Below the pieces are notes generated by a model. It saw nothing but the letters and a program-made list of their open reading frames with translations. It searched no databases and was not told where the DNA came from. Positions 8,053 through 15,923 of a stretch of 26,564 bases of DNA are shown here, in pieces (position 1 is the stretch's first letter; the number at the start of each line of letters is the position of its first letter). The stretch lies in IMG/VR virus record IMGVR_UViG_3300015078_000001, positions 82,468 to 109,031 of that record; one strand, 5' to 3'. This stretch comes from a virus. Both the position numbers and the translations under genes were made by a program.

Positions 8053-8732
8053 CAAAAAAGAAAAGCGATAGTAAAATAATAAAAAAGAAAAAATGTTCCT
8101 CTTGTAAAAAATTAAAATCTATACAAGATTTTTCTCCGTGTAAAACAGGTTTATACGGAGTTTATAATTATTGTAAAGAATGTCACAATGAGTTAGAAAA
8201 AAGTAAAAAACCTAACAGAAAAGAAATTGATGAAAAGAAAGCAAGAAGGATAGGTCTTAAAAAACAAGGATTAAAGACTTGTGTTTATTGTGGTAAAATA
8301 CTTCCTTTAGAAGATTTCTATGGCGATCCTAGACACTCCGATGGTAAACAAAGTGGGTGTAAAACGTGTTTTAATCTTAAAGGAGATGAAAACTATTTAA
8401 ACAGAGAATATGGTATAGGAATAAAAGAAATTACGGCTATGCTTGAATCCCAAGATGGGAGATGTGCTATATGTAGGCGGGCACCAAAAAAGAATAAATT
8501 TAATGTGGATCATGACCATAAAACACACATGATAAGAGCTTTATTGTGCGTCAACTGTAATACAAATTTATTGCCGTATGTAGAACGTTTTCCGGAGTGG
8601 ATTAAAGCTGCGTTTGCGTATATTGAAAATCCACCAGCACCTTCTGTGATAGGAACTATATTCGTTCCGGAAACAAATCAAACGAGGAAAAAAGAAAAAC
8701 TTTTAAAAGGAGGGAAGAGTGTTATCGAATGA
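8049..8732 (+). CDS. Recombination endonuclease VII-family nuclease with two N-terminal zinc-finger repeats
   Basis: CxxC...F......G....CKxC twice; YG.......ML..QDGRCAIC...VDHDH.T..IRALLCVNCN. Confidence 0.9.
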   Translation: MTKKKSDSKIIKKKKCSSCKKLKSIQDFSPCKTGLYGVYNYCKECHNELEKSKKPNRKEIDEKKARRIGLKKQGLKTCVYCGKILPLEDFYGDPRHSDGKQSGCKTCFNLKGDENYLNREYGIGIKEITAMLESQDGRCAICRRAPKKNKFNVDHDHKTHMIRALLCVNCNTNLLPYVERFPEWIKAAFAYIENPPAPSVIGTIFVPETNQTRKKEKLLKGGKSVIE

Positions 8733-8898
8733 AGAATTTGAACTTGTAGATGGTTGTATAGATAACGAAGGATTTGATTATACTTTCGTACACTATTCAG
8801 AATTCGATCAAATAGAAGATAAAGAGTTTCATCAACTGAGACTAAATTATTTAGCTGCCAGAGATGCCTTGGCAGAGTATATTGGAATAGAAGACTAA
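8719..8898 (+). CDS. Small acidic hypothetical protein (59 aa)
   Basis: AGGAGG RBS, GTG start; MLSNEEFELVDGCIDNEGFDYTFVHYSEF...EFHQLRLNYL. Confidence 0.7.
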   Translation: MLSNEEFELVDGCIDNEGFDYTFVHYSEFDQIEDKEFHQLRLNYLAARDALAEYIGIED

Positions 8899-8917
8899 TT
8901 TATATTGAAGGATTATA

Positions 8918-10081
8918 GTGGCTAAAAATATTAAACGAGAATGTCCTCGCTGTAAAGTTACAAGTTCTTTTCGCGCTGACCAGAAAACCTGTGGGTCAGA
9001 ATACTGTAAAAGTTTACTTAACCCTGTCAAAACTACCTCAGATCAGGAAAAATTCCTTAAATCCGAAGTAGCATCCCTGACACAACAAATTAATAACTTA
9101 AAGAAGTTTAACGGATATCAACAGGTATTGAATGAATCTATTCGTGAAGCAATTGAAGTAGTGGAACCTTTACCTGCTATCCAATACCAGGAAGGTAAGT
9201 CAGCGGAAGCAGAGATATCGGCGGTATTTAAGATATCTGACTGGCATATAGGCGCTGTTACGAATGCATGGGAAACAGAAGGATTTGGTCAATTCAACTG
9301 GAAACTAGCTCAGGAACGTGTCAGTCATATGGCACAGAAGTTTCTTGACTGGATTGAAATGAGCCGTAAGTCCTTTAGAATCAATAAGTTGTACATACTT
9401 TCCGAAGGTGATATGGTGTCAGGCGGTATTCATTATGAACTAGATGTTACCAATGAATTTCCGGTACCCGTACAGGCAGTCAAAGCTGGGTCTTTACTCG
9501 CTCAGTTTGTGGCTACGTTAGCTCCGCATTTTAAAGAAGTACATTTTTCTCAGATCAATATAGATAACCATTCTAGATTGACTAAAAAACTACAGTTCGC
9601 AGAAGGCGGGGAAAATTCCTGGGGATACGTTGTACATTCTATTGCCAATGCAAAACTAGAAAAACACGGTAACATTAATCTATTACCTGCCGGTGGTATA
9701 CGACAGATTGTAGATGTAAACGGTATCAAAGTATTATCAGAACACGGTCATGAAATAAAAGCCTTCTTAGGTATTCCTTTCTATGGTATGGAAAGACTGA
9801 AAGGTAAAGAGGCTGGTAAACGAATGCAGGCTATGCTAGAGCAAGAACGAAATAATATGATTGGAAGTATGAAGAAGGATATCGGCTTTGATTATATGAG
9901 TATCGGTCATTGGCACGTACCTAGTATAATTTCTAATTCTATTTTAGTTAACGGCTGTCTGCCTGGTACTACCGAATACGATCATGCTTACGGAAGATCA
10001 GCTAAACCGTCTCAGGTATCATTCTTGATGCACCCGAAATACGGTCTTTTCAACTGGACTGCGTGGGTTGCGAAGCAGTGA
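8918..10081 (+). CDS. Calcineurin-like metallophosphoesterase with N-terminal zinc ribbon and coiled coil
   Basis: All five motifs present: SDWH, EGD, DNH, EHGH, GHWH; N-terminal CPRC...CGSEYC. Confidence 0.85.
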   Translation: MAKNIKRECPRCKVTSSFRADQKTCGSEYCKSLLNPVKTTSDQEKFLKSEVASLTQQINNLKKFNGYQQVLNESIREAIEVVEPLPAIQYQEGKSAEAEISAVFKISDWHIGAVTNAWETEGFGQFNWKLAQERVSHMAQKFLDWIEMSRKSFRINKLYILSEGDMVSGGIHYELDVTNEFPVPVQAVKAGSLLAQFVATLAPHFKEVHFSQINIDNHSRLTKKLQFAEGGENSWGYVVHSIANAKLEKHGNINLLPAGGIRQIVDVNGIKVLSEHGHEIKAFLGIPFYGMERLKGKEAGKRMQAMLEQERNNMIGSMKKDIGFDYMSIGHWHVPSIISNSILVNGCLPGTTEYDHAYGRSAKPSQVSFLMHPKYGLFNWTAWVAKQ

Positions 10082-10221
10082 TTAGTCCGGAAAATGGACA
10101 TGGTATACCTACAGTAGTGGGTATACTATTTGTTCTATCTGTTTTCTATATAGTAATAGATGATGTTATAAGAATAGGTAAAAGAATAAAGGAGAAGAGT
10201 GGAGAAGAAAATCGGCACTAA
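10078..10221 (+). CDS. Small single-TM protein (47 aa)
   Basis: GTGA overlap; MISPENGHGIPTVVGILFVLSVFYIVIDDVIRIGKRIK... Confidence 0.45.
   Translation: MISPENGHGIPTVVGILFVLSVFYIVIDDVIRIGKRIKEKSGEENRH
10085..10099 (+). repeat. Dispersed 15-bp motif copy GTCCGGAAAATGGAC
   Basis: Exact match. Confidence 0.8.
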
Positions 10222-10606
10222 TCCTAAAGACCTTTTAGGTACTGATAAAGTTCCGTTATCTCGTATTCCTGCGGTAGCCATACTACACGAAGGTATGGCT
10301 ATGGGAAATGGTGGAGATAAATACGGCCCGTATAACTGGAGAGAAAATGCTGTACAGGCAGATATTTATATAGATGCTGCTTTACGGCATATATTTTCAT
10401 GGTTTGACTCTAGAGAAGAGTTCGCTCAGGATAGCAAAGTGCATCATTTAGGTCATGCTAGAGCTTGCTTGGGTATCTTGCTTGACGCCCAGGCTAGCGG
10501 TAATCTTATAGATAATCGTCCGGTAAATGGACATACTGCTGAAGTTCTTGAAAAACTTAACGAAGTTCGTAAACAAGAACGAGCAAAACAAAAGGAAACT
10601 AAATGA
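10199..10606 (+). CDS. dATP/dGTP diphosphohydrolase N-terminal-domain protein (DUF5664-like)
   Basis: NPKD..G..K.PL..IP.........M..G..KYG.YNWR....Y.DAA.RH...W......DS..HHLGHA.ACL.IL.D. Confidence 0.85.
   Translation: MEKKIGTNPKDLLGTDKVPLSRIPAVAILHEGMAMGNGGDKYGPYNWRENAVQADIYIDAALRHIFSWFDSREEFAQDSKVHHLGHARACLGILLDAQASGNLIDNRPVNGHTAEVLEKLNEVRKQERAKQKETK
10518..10532 (+). repeat. Dispersed 15-bp motif copy GTCCGGTAAATGGAC
   Basis: Exact match, inside the diphosphohydrolase gene. Confidence 0.8.
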
Positions 10607-11196
10607 GAATAAGCGTAGATTTAGACGGAGTAGTGGCGAATTTTACTGCTAGAGTCATAGAATCTGCTAATAAATTATGGCCTGGAAAACTATCTTTGGA
10701 TTTTGAACCTAACGATTGGAATTATACAGGATTCTTAACTAAAGAAGAATTCACGGATATATGGCATGATATACGGGGAAGTCAAAACTTTTGGGTTGAC
10801 TCTCCTCCGTATATAAGTAATTTAATGCAACTAGATTCATTTCTAAAATGTAATATTACGGATGTATTTTTTGTTACTTCCAGAGCGGAAACCGCCGGGG
10901 ATTCTGTACAAAAACAGACATATAACTGGTTTCTTAAACACGGTGTAGATATAGCAAATCAATGTGATATGAATTACTCTGCTATTATACCTGTTAAATT
11001 AGCAGAAAAGAAGATAAATGTTATGGAAGCGTTAGGCATACAAGCCTCGGTAGACGATTACGGCCCCACCGTAGAAGCTTGTAATAAACTTCCAAACCAT
11101 AAAGCCTATCTTTTAGATCGTCCGTGGAATCAGGAATATAATCAGCCCAGAGTTTATTCTTTAGCCGAGTTCTTTAAGATTGTCCATGCTTCCTGA
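10603..11196 (+). CDS. HAD-superfamily 5'(3')-deoxyribonucleotidase (NT5C-like)
   Basis: Motif I VDLDGV, motif II VTSR, motif III K, motif IV VDD, C-terminal RPWN. Confidence 0.88.
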   Translation: MRISVDLDGVVANFTARVIESANKLWPGKLSLDFEPNDWNYTGFLTKEEFTDIWHDIRGSQNFWVDSPPYISNLMQLDSFLKCNITDVFFVTSRAETAGDSVQKQTYNWFLKHGVDIANQCDMNYSAIIPVKLAEKKINVMEALGIQASVDDYGPTVEACNKLPNHKAYLLDRPWNQEYNQPRVYSLAEFFKIVHAS

Positions 11197-11446
11197 TTTT
11201 ATAAACGGATGTTTCGAATTATTTGGATCGGTAGCAGTGTGGCGAAACGCCTATGCACTATACCAGGATAAATGCTATAGAGGTATACGAGTCCTGCCTT
11301 TTGTATTCTTTGTATCGTGGAGTATATGGAATCTATATTATTATCCGCATCTGAATCAATGGATGTCGTTTATAGGTGGGGTGTCTATCCTACTCGCTAA
11401 CGCAGTCAATTTATCGTTAATGTTATATTACGGAAAAGGAGAATAG
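11186..11446 (+). CDS. Three-helix SemiSWEET/PQ-loop-like membrane protein
   Basis: About 86 aa with three hydrophobic segments; loop LYQDK..RGI (compare ..KS..G.S); W.L.Y in TM2; conserved N in TM3 (LAN). Confidence 0.55.
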   Translation: MLPDFINGCFELFGSVAVWRNAYALYQDKCYRGIRVLPFVFFVSWSIWNLYYYPHLNQWMSFIGGVSILLANAVNLSLMLYYGKGE

Positions 11447-11892
11447 TGAAAGAATATGTTTTAGGCTTTGCCTTCGATGCCGAAGATGAAAAGGTTGTTC
11501 TCATTCTGAAGCAAAAACCTGACTGGCAGAAAGGCAGGTTTAATGGTATAGGTGGAAAGATAGAACCTGGAGAAACTCCTCACGAAGCTATGGCCAGAGA
11601 GTTTACGGAAGAGACGGGAAAGAAAAGCAGTCCTGCGGAATGGATGAAGTTTGGAGTGATGAAAGAAGATATAGACTCCGATAAGTCTTCTGATGATTCA
11701 GCATTAATATATGTATTCACTACTATACTGTTTGATACTAAGGAATGTAAAACTGTTACAGAAGAGGAAGTAAAAAGGTTTCATGCAGACTATCTTCCAA
11801 CTAATAAAATAGATAATTTACTATGGTTGATACCCGCAGCTATGTATCATATACTCAATACAAATTTTAAGATAGAGGCGACATACTCATGA
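11446..11892 (+). CDS. Nudix hydrolase
   Basis: Complete Nudix box GGKIEPGETPHEAMAREFTEETG. Confidence 0.92.
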   Translation: MKEYVLGFAFDAEDEKVVLILKQKPDWQKGRFNGIGGKIEPGETPHEAMAREFTEETGKKSSPAEWMKFGVMKEDIDSDKSSDDSALIYVFTTILFDTKECKTVTEEEVKRFHADYLPTNKIDNLLWLIPAAMYHILNTNFKIEATYS

Positions 11893-12224
11893 ACTTTAAT
11901 GAATACCAGGAAAATACAGCAAAAACAGCAATATATACGGGCCAGGATTCCGTTGGAGGATTAGTATATACGACCCTTGGACTTAATGGAGAGGCAGGGG
12001 AGCTAGCCAATAAGGTTAAAAAAGTTCTAAGAGATAGTGATGGAATAGTATCAGAAGAAATTCGTCTAAAACTATTAGATGAGATTTCAGATTGTTTATG
12101 GTATCTCTCTCAACTAGTAACAGAACTAGGCGGTAAACTGGAAGACGTAGCTGTTGCTAATATAGCAAAGCTTACAAGCAGATTAGAAAGAGGCGTTATA
12201 AAAGGAAGCGGAGATAATCGTTAA
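11889..12224 (+). CDS. MazG-like nucleotide pyrophosphohydrolase
   Basis: FNEYQ..T..TA.Y...LGLNGEAGELANKVKK..RD...DEISDCLWY...NI.KL.SR. Confidence 0.92.
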   Translation: MNFNEYQENTAKTAIYTGQDSVGGLVYTTLGLNGEAGELANKVKKVLRDSDGIVSEEIRLKLLDEISDCLWYLSQLVTELGGKLEDVAVANIAKLTSRLERGVIKGSGDNR

Positions 12225-14767
12225 TGGATGAAATGTCCGTATTTGCAAGTACGATTTTAAATCAAAAATATGCCCAGGAGAAACAAGACGGTACAAAAGA
12301 AACCTGGCCGGAGATAGCAGCGAGAGTAGGGAAGACAGTTTTAAAATCTGTTAAAGCGTCTAAATCCCAGATAGATCGAACTATTAAACTAATAGAAGAT
12401 CGAAAGTTCATTCCCGGAGGTAGATACCTATACGCCACAGGAAGACCGTACCATCAGGTTAATAACTGTATTCTTCTAAGAGCTGCTGATAGCCGTGAAG
12501 GGTGGGCAGAACTTCTACAAAATGCCTCAATGGCTCTTATGACCGGAGCAGGTATAGGAATAGATTACTCAGATATACGAGGAGAAGGAAAACCTATACG
12601 TAAGACAGGTGGTTTGGCTACTGGGCCTCTTGCATTAGCAGAGGCTGTTAACTGCGTCGGAAGGGCTATAAAACAAGGCGGATCGCGCCGCAGTGCGATA
12701 TGGGCCGGATTATCCTGGTCTCACCCTGATATACATAAATTTATTACGTTTAAGAACTGGTCTCCTGAAGTACGGGATATGAAATCAAAAGATTTTAATT
12801 TTCCCGCTACTATGGATGGTACAAATATATCAGTACAACTTAACGACGACTTTTTTAAAGCATATCATGACGAGAAAAATCCTCTTCATGCTCACGCACA
12901 ATCTGTATACTGGGCTACCGTTAAACAGATGCTTAAAACATCTGAGCCGGGTTTTTCTGTAGATACTGGAAAAAATAGTAAAGAAACTCTTCGGAATGCT
13001 CCTGTTTCTGGAAATACGTTCGTTTTAACATCTACGGGATATAAAAGAATTCTCGATATAGAACATATTCCTGTGGTTGTGTGGACTGGAAAACAGTGGG
13101 CACAAACTACGTTTACCAAAACTAGGCAAAATGACGAAGTATTAAAAATAACATTAACAGGTCGGAGAGAACTGATATCATCGAAAGACCACGAATTTTT
13201 TCTGTGGCACGGCGGGAAAAAGAAAGCGGGGGATTTAAAAAAAGGAGACGGGCTGCTTAGAAAGTGCGGAATTATACTTGGAGGAAAGCAAGTAGAAGAA
13301 GCATATTTACTAGCATTCGTATACGGGGATGGAACTTTTCACCAACGATATCCGAGAGCGGAAGCTGCTATGTGCGGGGAAAAAGAGAAACTTTTATCGT
13401 ATCTTTCTACGCTACCATGTGAAATAGGAAAGGATAAACGAGGAATACTTAGAGCTTACTATAAAAATAATGATATATTTAGACAAAGAGATAAAACTGT
13501 TTTTCCCGAAGATGTGTATTCCTGGAACTTGTCCTCTAGGGCTAACTTTTTATCTGGTTTATTAGACGCAGACGGAGACGATTCTTGCGGACATGCTAGA
13601 TTATCATCTACACGATTAGACTTCTTAAAAGGAGTTTCTAGACTTTGTGATACTTTAAATTTAACCTCATATATAAATAAAGGTTCAAACGGCGGATATA
13701 GCGGAACTCCATCATGGAATTTAATAATAAAAGGAAAAGTCTGCGGGTTGTTGAATACTCATAGACTAACACTATCAGACAGTACTGATTCAGGATATGA
13801 AGTTGTTTCTGTCGAATCTGCGGGATTAGAAGATGTTTTCTGTTGCGATGTCAAAGTGTCTGAACATTCTTTTCAAGCGGAAGGTATAATAATTTCCAAC
13901 TGTACCGAGTTGACTAGTGTAGATACAGACGATGTTTGCAATCTCGGAAGTATTAACCTAGCTCGTATAGGTTCTTTAGAAGAAATGGAAGAAGTAGTAG
14001 AACTTGCTACTGCTTTTCTTTTAGCTGGTACAGTATACAGTGATGTACCTTACGCTAAAATAGATCAGGTAAGAACTAAAAATCGCAGACTTGGCTTAGG
14101 TCTTATGGGTCTTCATGAATGGCTTCTTGTTCATGGAAAAAAATATAATCCTGATTCCGAGTTAGGCGAGTATCTGGGAATCTATACTCTTAGTAGTAAG
14201 TATGCAGAAGAATATGCCCATAAATGGGATTTATCCGTTCCTATAAAAACAAGAGCTATCGCTCCTGTTGGAAGTATAGGAATTTTGGGAGAAACTTCTA
14301 CGGGTATTGAACCCTTATTCTGTGTAGCGTACAAACGCAGATATATGAAAGGAAATACCTGGCACTATCAATACGTTGTTGATCCTACAGCTAAACGTCT
14401 TATTGATAAAGGTGTTGATCCGGAAGCAATAGAAGATGCGTATAGTCTTGCAGAAGATGTAGAACGACGAGTAGCTTTTCAGGCATGGGTACAGAAATTT
14501 GTAGATCACTCTATTAGTTCAACTATCAACCTTCCTGCATGGGGGTCGGAGTTAAACAACGACGGAACAGTACAGAAATTTGGTAATATGTTAATTAAAT
14601 ATTTACCGGAACTTAGAGGAATAACGTGCTACCCCGACGGTGGCCGGGCAGGACAGCCATTAACTCCTGTGTCCTTTAAGACTGCTATGAAACATACAGG
14701 AGAGATATTTATAGAAGCTGCCGATATTTGTGAAATTAGTGGGAAAGGTGGTAGCTGTGGCGCATGA
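12224..14767 (+). CDS. nrdJ: Ribonucleotide reductase, probably class II (B12-dependent), interrupted by an intein
   Basis: PGGR, NNC, GGSRRSA, SEPG, N-A-[intein]-C-T-E, CNLGS, RRLGLG, IAP.G, GIEP, ISSTINLP and a C-terminal Cys pair; no beta subunit adjacent. Confidence 0.85.
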   Translation: MDEMSVFASTILNQKYAQEKQDGTKETWPEIAARVGKTVLKSVKASKSQIDRTIKLIEDRKFIPGGRYLYATGRPYHQVNNCILLRAADSREGWAELLQNASMALMTGAGIGIDYSDIRGEGKPIRKTGGLATGPLALAEAVNCVGRAIKQGGSRRSAIWAGLSWSHPDIHKFITFKNWSPEVRDMKSKDFNFPATMDGTNISVQLNDDFFKAYHDEKNPLHAHAQSVYWATVKQMLKTSEPGFSVDTGKNSKETLRNAPVSGNTFVLTSTGYKRILDIEHIPVVVWTGKQWAQTTFTKTRQNDEVLKITLTGRRELISSKDHEFFLWHGGKKKAGDLKKGDGLLRKCGIILGGKQVEEAYLLAFVYGDGTFHQRYPRAEAAMCGEKEKLLSYLSTLPCEIGKDKRGILRAYYKNNDIFRQRDKTVFPEDVYSWNLSSRANFLSGLLDADGDDSCGHARLSSTRLDFLKGVSRLCDTLNLTSYINKGSNGGYSGTPSWNLIIKGKVCGLLNTHRLTLSDSTDSGYEVVSVESAGLEDVFCCDVKVSEHSFQAEGIIISNCTELTSVDTDDVCNLGSINLARIGSLEEMEEVVELATAFLLAGTVYSDVPYAKIDQVRTKNRRLGLGLMGLHEWLLVHGKKYNPDSELGEYLGIYTLSSKYAEEYAHKWDLSVPIKTRAIAPVGSIGILGETSTGIEPLFCVAYKRRYMKGNTWHYQYVVDPTAKRLIDKGVDPEAIEDAYSLAEDVERRVAFQAWVQKFVDHSISSTINLPAWGSELNNDGTVQKFGNMLIKYLPELRGITCYPDGGRAGQPLTPVSFKTAMKHTGEIFIEAADICEISGKGGSCGA
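13001..13900 (+). mobile_element. 300-aa intein with LAGLIDADG homing endonuclease; Pro1 and Cys at block F position 4 (class-3-like)
   Basis: Block A PVSGNTFVLT; block B SSKDH; LAGLIDADG helices LLAFVYGDG and FLSGLLDADG; block F VFCCDV; block G GIIISN|C. Confidence 0.9.
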
Positions 14768-14970
14768 TCGTAGAAATAAATATAAAAACCGATGATGGTA
14801 TTCTCATGTATTCTCAATCAGGTAAAGCAGAGATACCGATGGAATGGAAATGTCCCTACGGTTCACCTATCCTGATAGAAAGACCTAACAACCAAGGATG
14901 CTATTTACTACACGGCTTCACGTATCAGCCGCGAACGACAATTAATTTGCAATGGAGAAAACCACTATGA
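14764..14970 (+). CDS. Hypothetical protein
   Basis: ATGA overlaps at both ends. Confidence 0.6.
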   Translation: MIVEINIKTDDGILMYSQSGKAEIPMEWKCPYGSPILIERPNNQGCYLLHGFTYQPRTTINLQWRKPL

Positions 14971-15353
14971 GTAATACTAACTACGGCGCAAGCAATACTT
15001 TATATCAACCTAGCAACTTACCCAATACCGTTCCGCCTACACAATCGGGACAACTTGATTTACCTTTCCCGTCTAATAGTCCGGAAAATGGACTTCACCC
15101 TGACGGATACTACGATGGGCCTAATGTCGGACAAGCTACTGGCTTCAATATACAAGAATCCGATAATTACGGATGTACTATAGAACCTGAAGAACTAGAC
15201 CATACATGTCTTTATCATTCTATTCTTGATAAATTAGATATGGATGAAAGTATGGCATTAGATGAAGTAGATCGTTTGTCAAATCTCAGGGAATCGTTAA
15301 GCGATCCTACTGTACAAAAAGTACTGGAATTACTGGAGTATATAAATGGGTGA
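14967..15353 (+). CDS. Acidic, partly disordered protein with candidate clamp-binding motif QLDLPF
   Basis: GGAG RBS before the ATG at 14967; N/P/S-rich N-terminus; helical C-terminus. Confidence 0.6.
   Translation: MSNTNYGASNTLYQPSNLPNTVPPTQSGQLDLPFPSNSPENGLHPDGYYDGPNVGQATGFNIQESDNYGCTIEPEELDHTCLYHSILDKLDMDESMALDEVDRLSNLRESLSDPTVQKVLELLEYING
15079..15093 (+). repeat. Dispersed 15-bp motif copy GTCCGGAAAATGGAC
   Basis: Exact match. Confidence 0.8.
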
Positions 15354-15672
15354 AGATATACGACTAGGGCCGAGACAACAAACCTCTTCTACAGAAGAAA
15401 TATGTACAGAAGCAAATAGATTATTAAAAGGGTTAAATATGAATAAAGTACGAGGTAAGTTTAAGGTGCAGGAAACTACTAAGTATGCCTGGCCAGGAAC
15501 TAAGATCGTTTTAAAAGCGGAATATGATACTACTATTCCCGAAGATTTGAGATACGCAACGGCAACTCCTAGTGGAACCGTAGAGATGTATGTAAACAAT
15601 CCTCCCGCTGAGAATTTCTTTATACCTGGAAAATTCTACTATATTGATTTTACTGAAATAAGTAATGGGTAA
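15346..15672 (+). CDS. Conserved-type phage hypothetical protein (beta-rich)
   Basis: VRGKFKV...ATPSG.VEM.VNNP.A..FF.PGK.YYIDFT pattern; start could be as late as 15439. Confidence 0.7.
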   Translation: MGEDIRLGPRQQTSSTEEICTEANRLLKGLNMNKVRGKFKVQETTKYAWPGTKIVLKAEYDTTIPEDLRYATATPSGTVEMYVNNPPAENFFIPGKFYYIDFTEISNG

Positions 15673-15856
15673 ATCAGAATGTACTCTTTCTACCACACAA
15701 AGACAAAATATAATAACCGTTTTACCTATGTTAGTAGAATGCCTTACTAGTCCTGTATTTCTGGATACTTTGGCCGAAGACGGATTAAAAGTAGACTGGA
15801 AAGCATTTTCCGACATGCTTGAAGATATTACGAATAAACCATTATTTGTTAAGTAG
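15665..15856 (+). CDS. Hypothetical protein, last gene of the + arm
   Basis: ORF track; ends just before the terminator. Confidence 0.55.
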   Translation: MGKSECTLSTTQRQNIITVLPMLVECLTSPVFLDTLAEDGLKVDWKAFSDMLEDITNKPLFVK

Positions 15857-15872
15857 TCGGGTACCAACCAAC

Positions 15873-15915
15873 AAAAACCCCTGATAATCATATAGACTAT
15901 CAGGGGTTTAGTTTT
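15873..15915. terminator. Bidirectional rho-independent terminator
   Basis: Inverted repeat AAACCCCTGATA (15875-15886) / TATCAGGGGTTT (15898-15909), with an A-tract upstream and a T-rich tract downstream, between convergent genes. Confidence 0.85.
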
Positions 15916-15923
15916 AATAGAGT

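Noticed and set aside
10199-12224. Calling this a 2-aminoadenine (Z) genome phage
   Set aside because: No purZ or DatZ-like HD gene is in the window, and DUF5664/MazG genes are widespread in non-Z phages
12998-13003. Ala-starting (class 2, KlbA-type) intein
   Set aside because: The Ala is needed in the extein to keep N-x-C-x-E spacing, and the block A alignment puts Pro at position 1
882-15891. Minus-strand ORFs in the + arm (e.g. 882-1067, 1182-1574, 3373-3783, 4834-5196, 15330-15599, 15511-15891)
   Set aside because: They are antisense shadows of well-supported genes, with no motifs or convincing RBS
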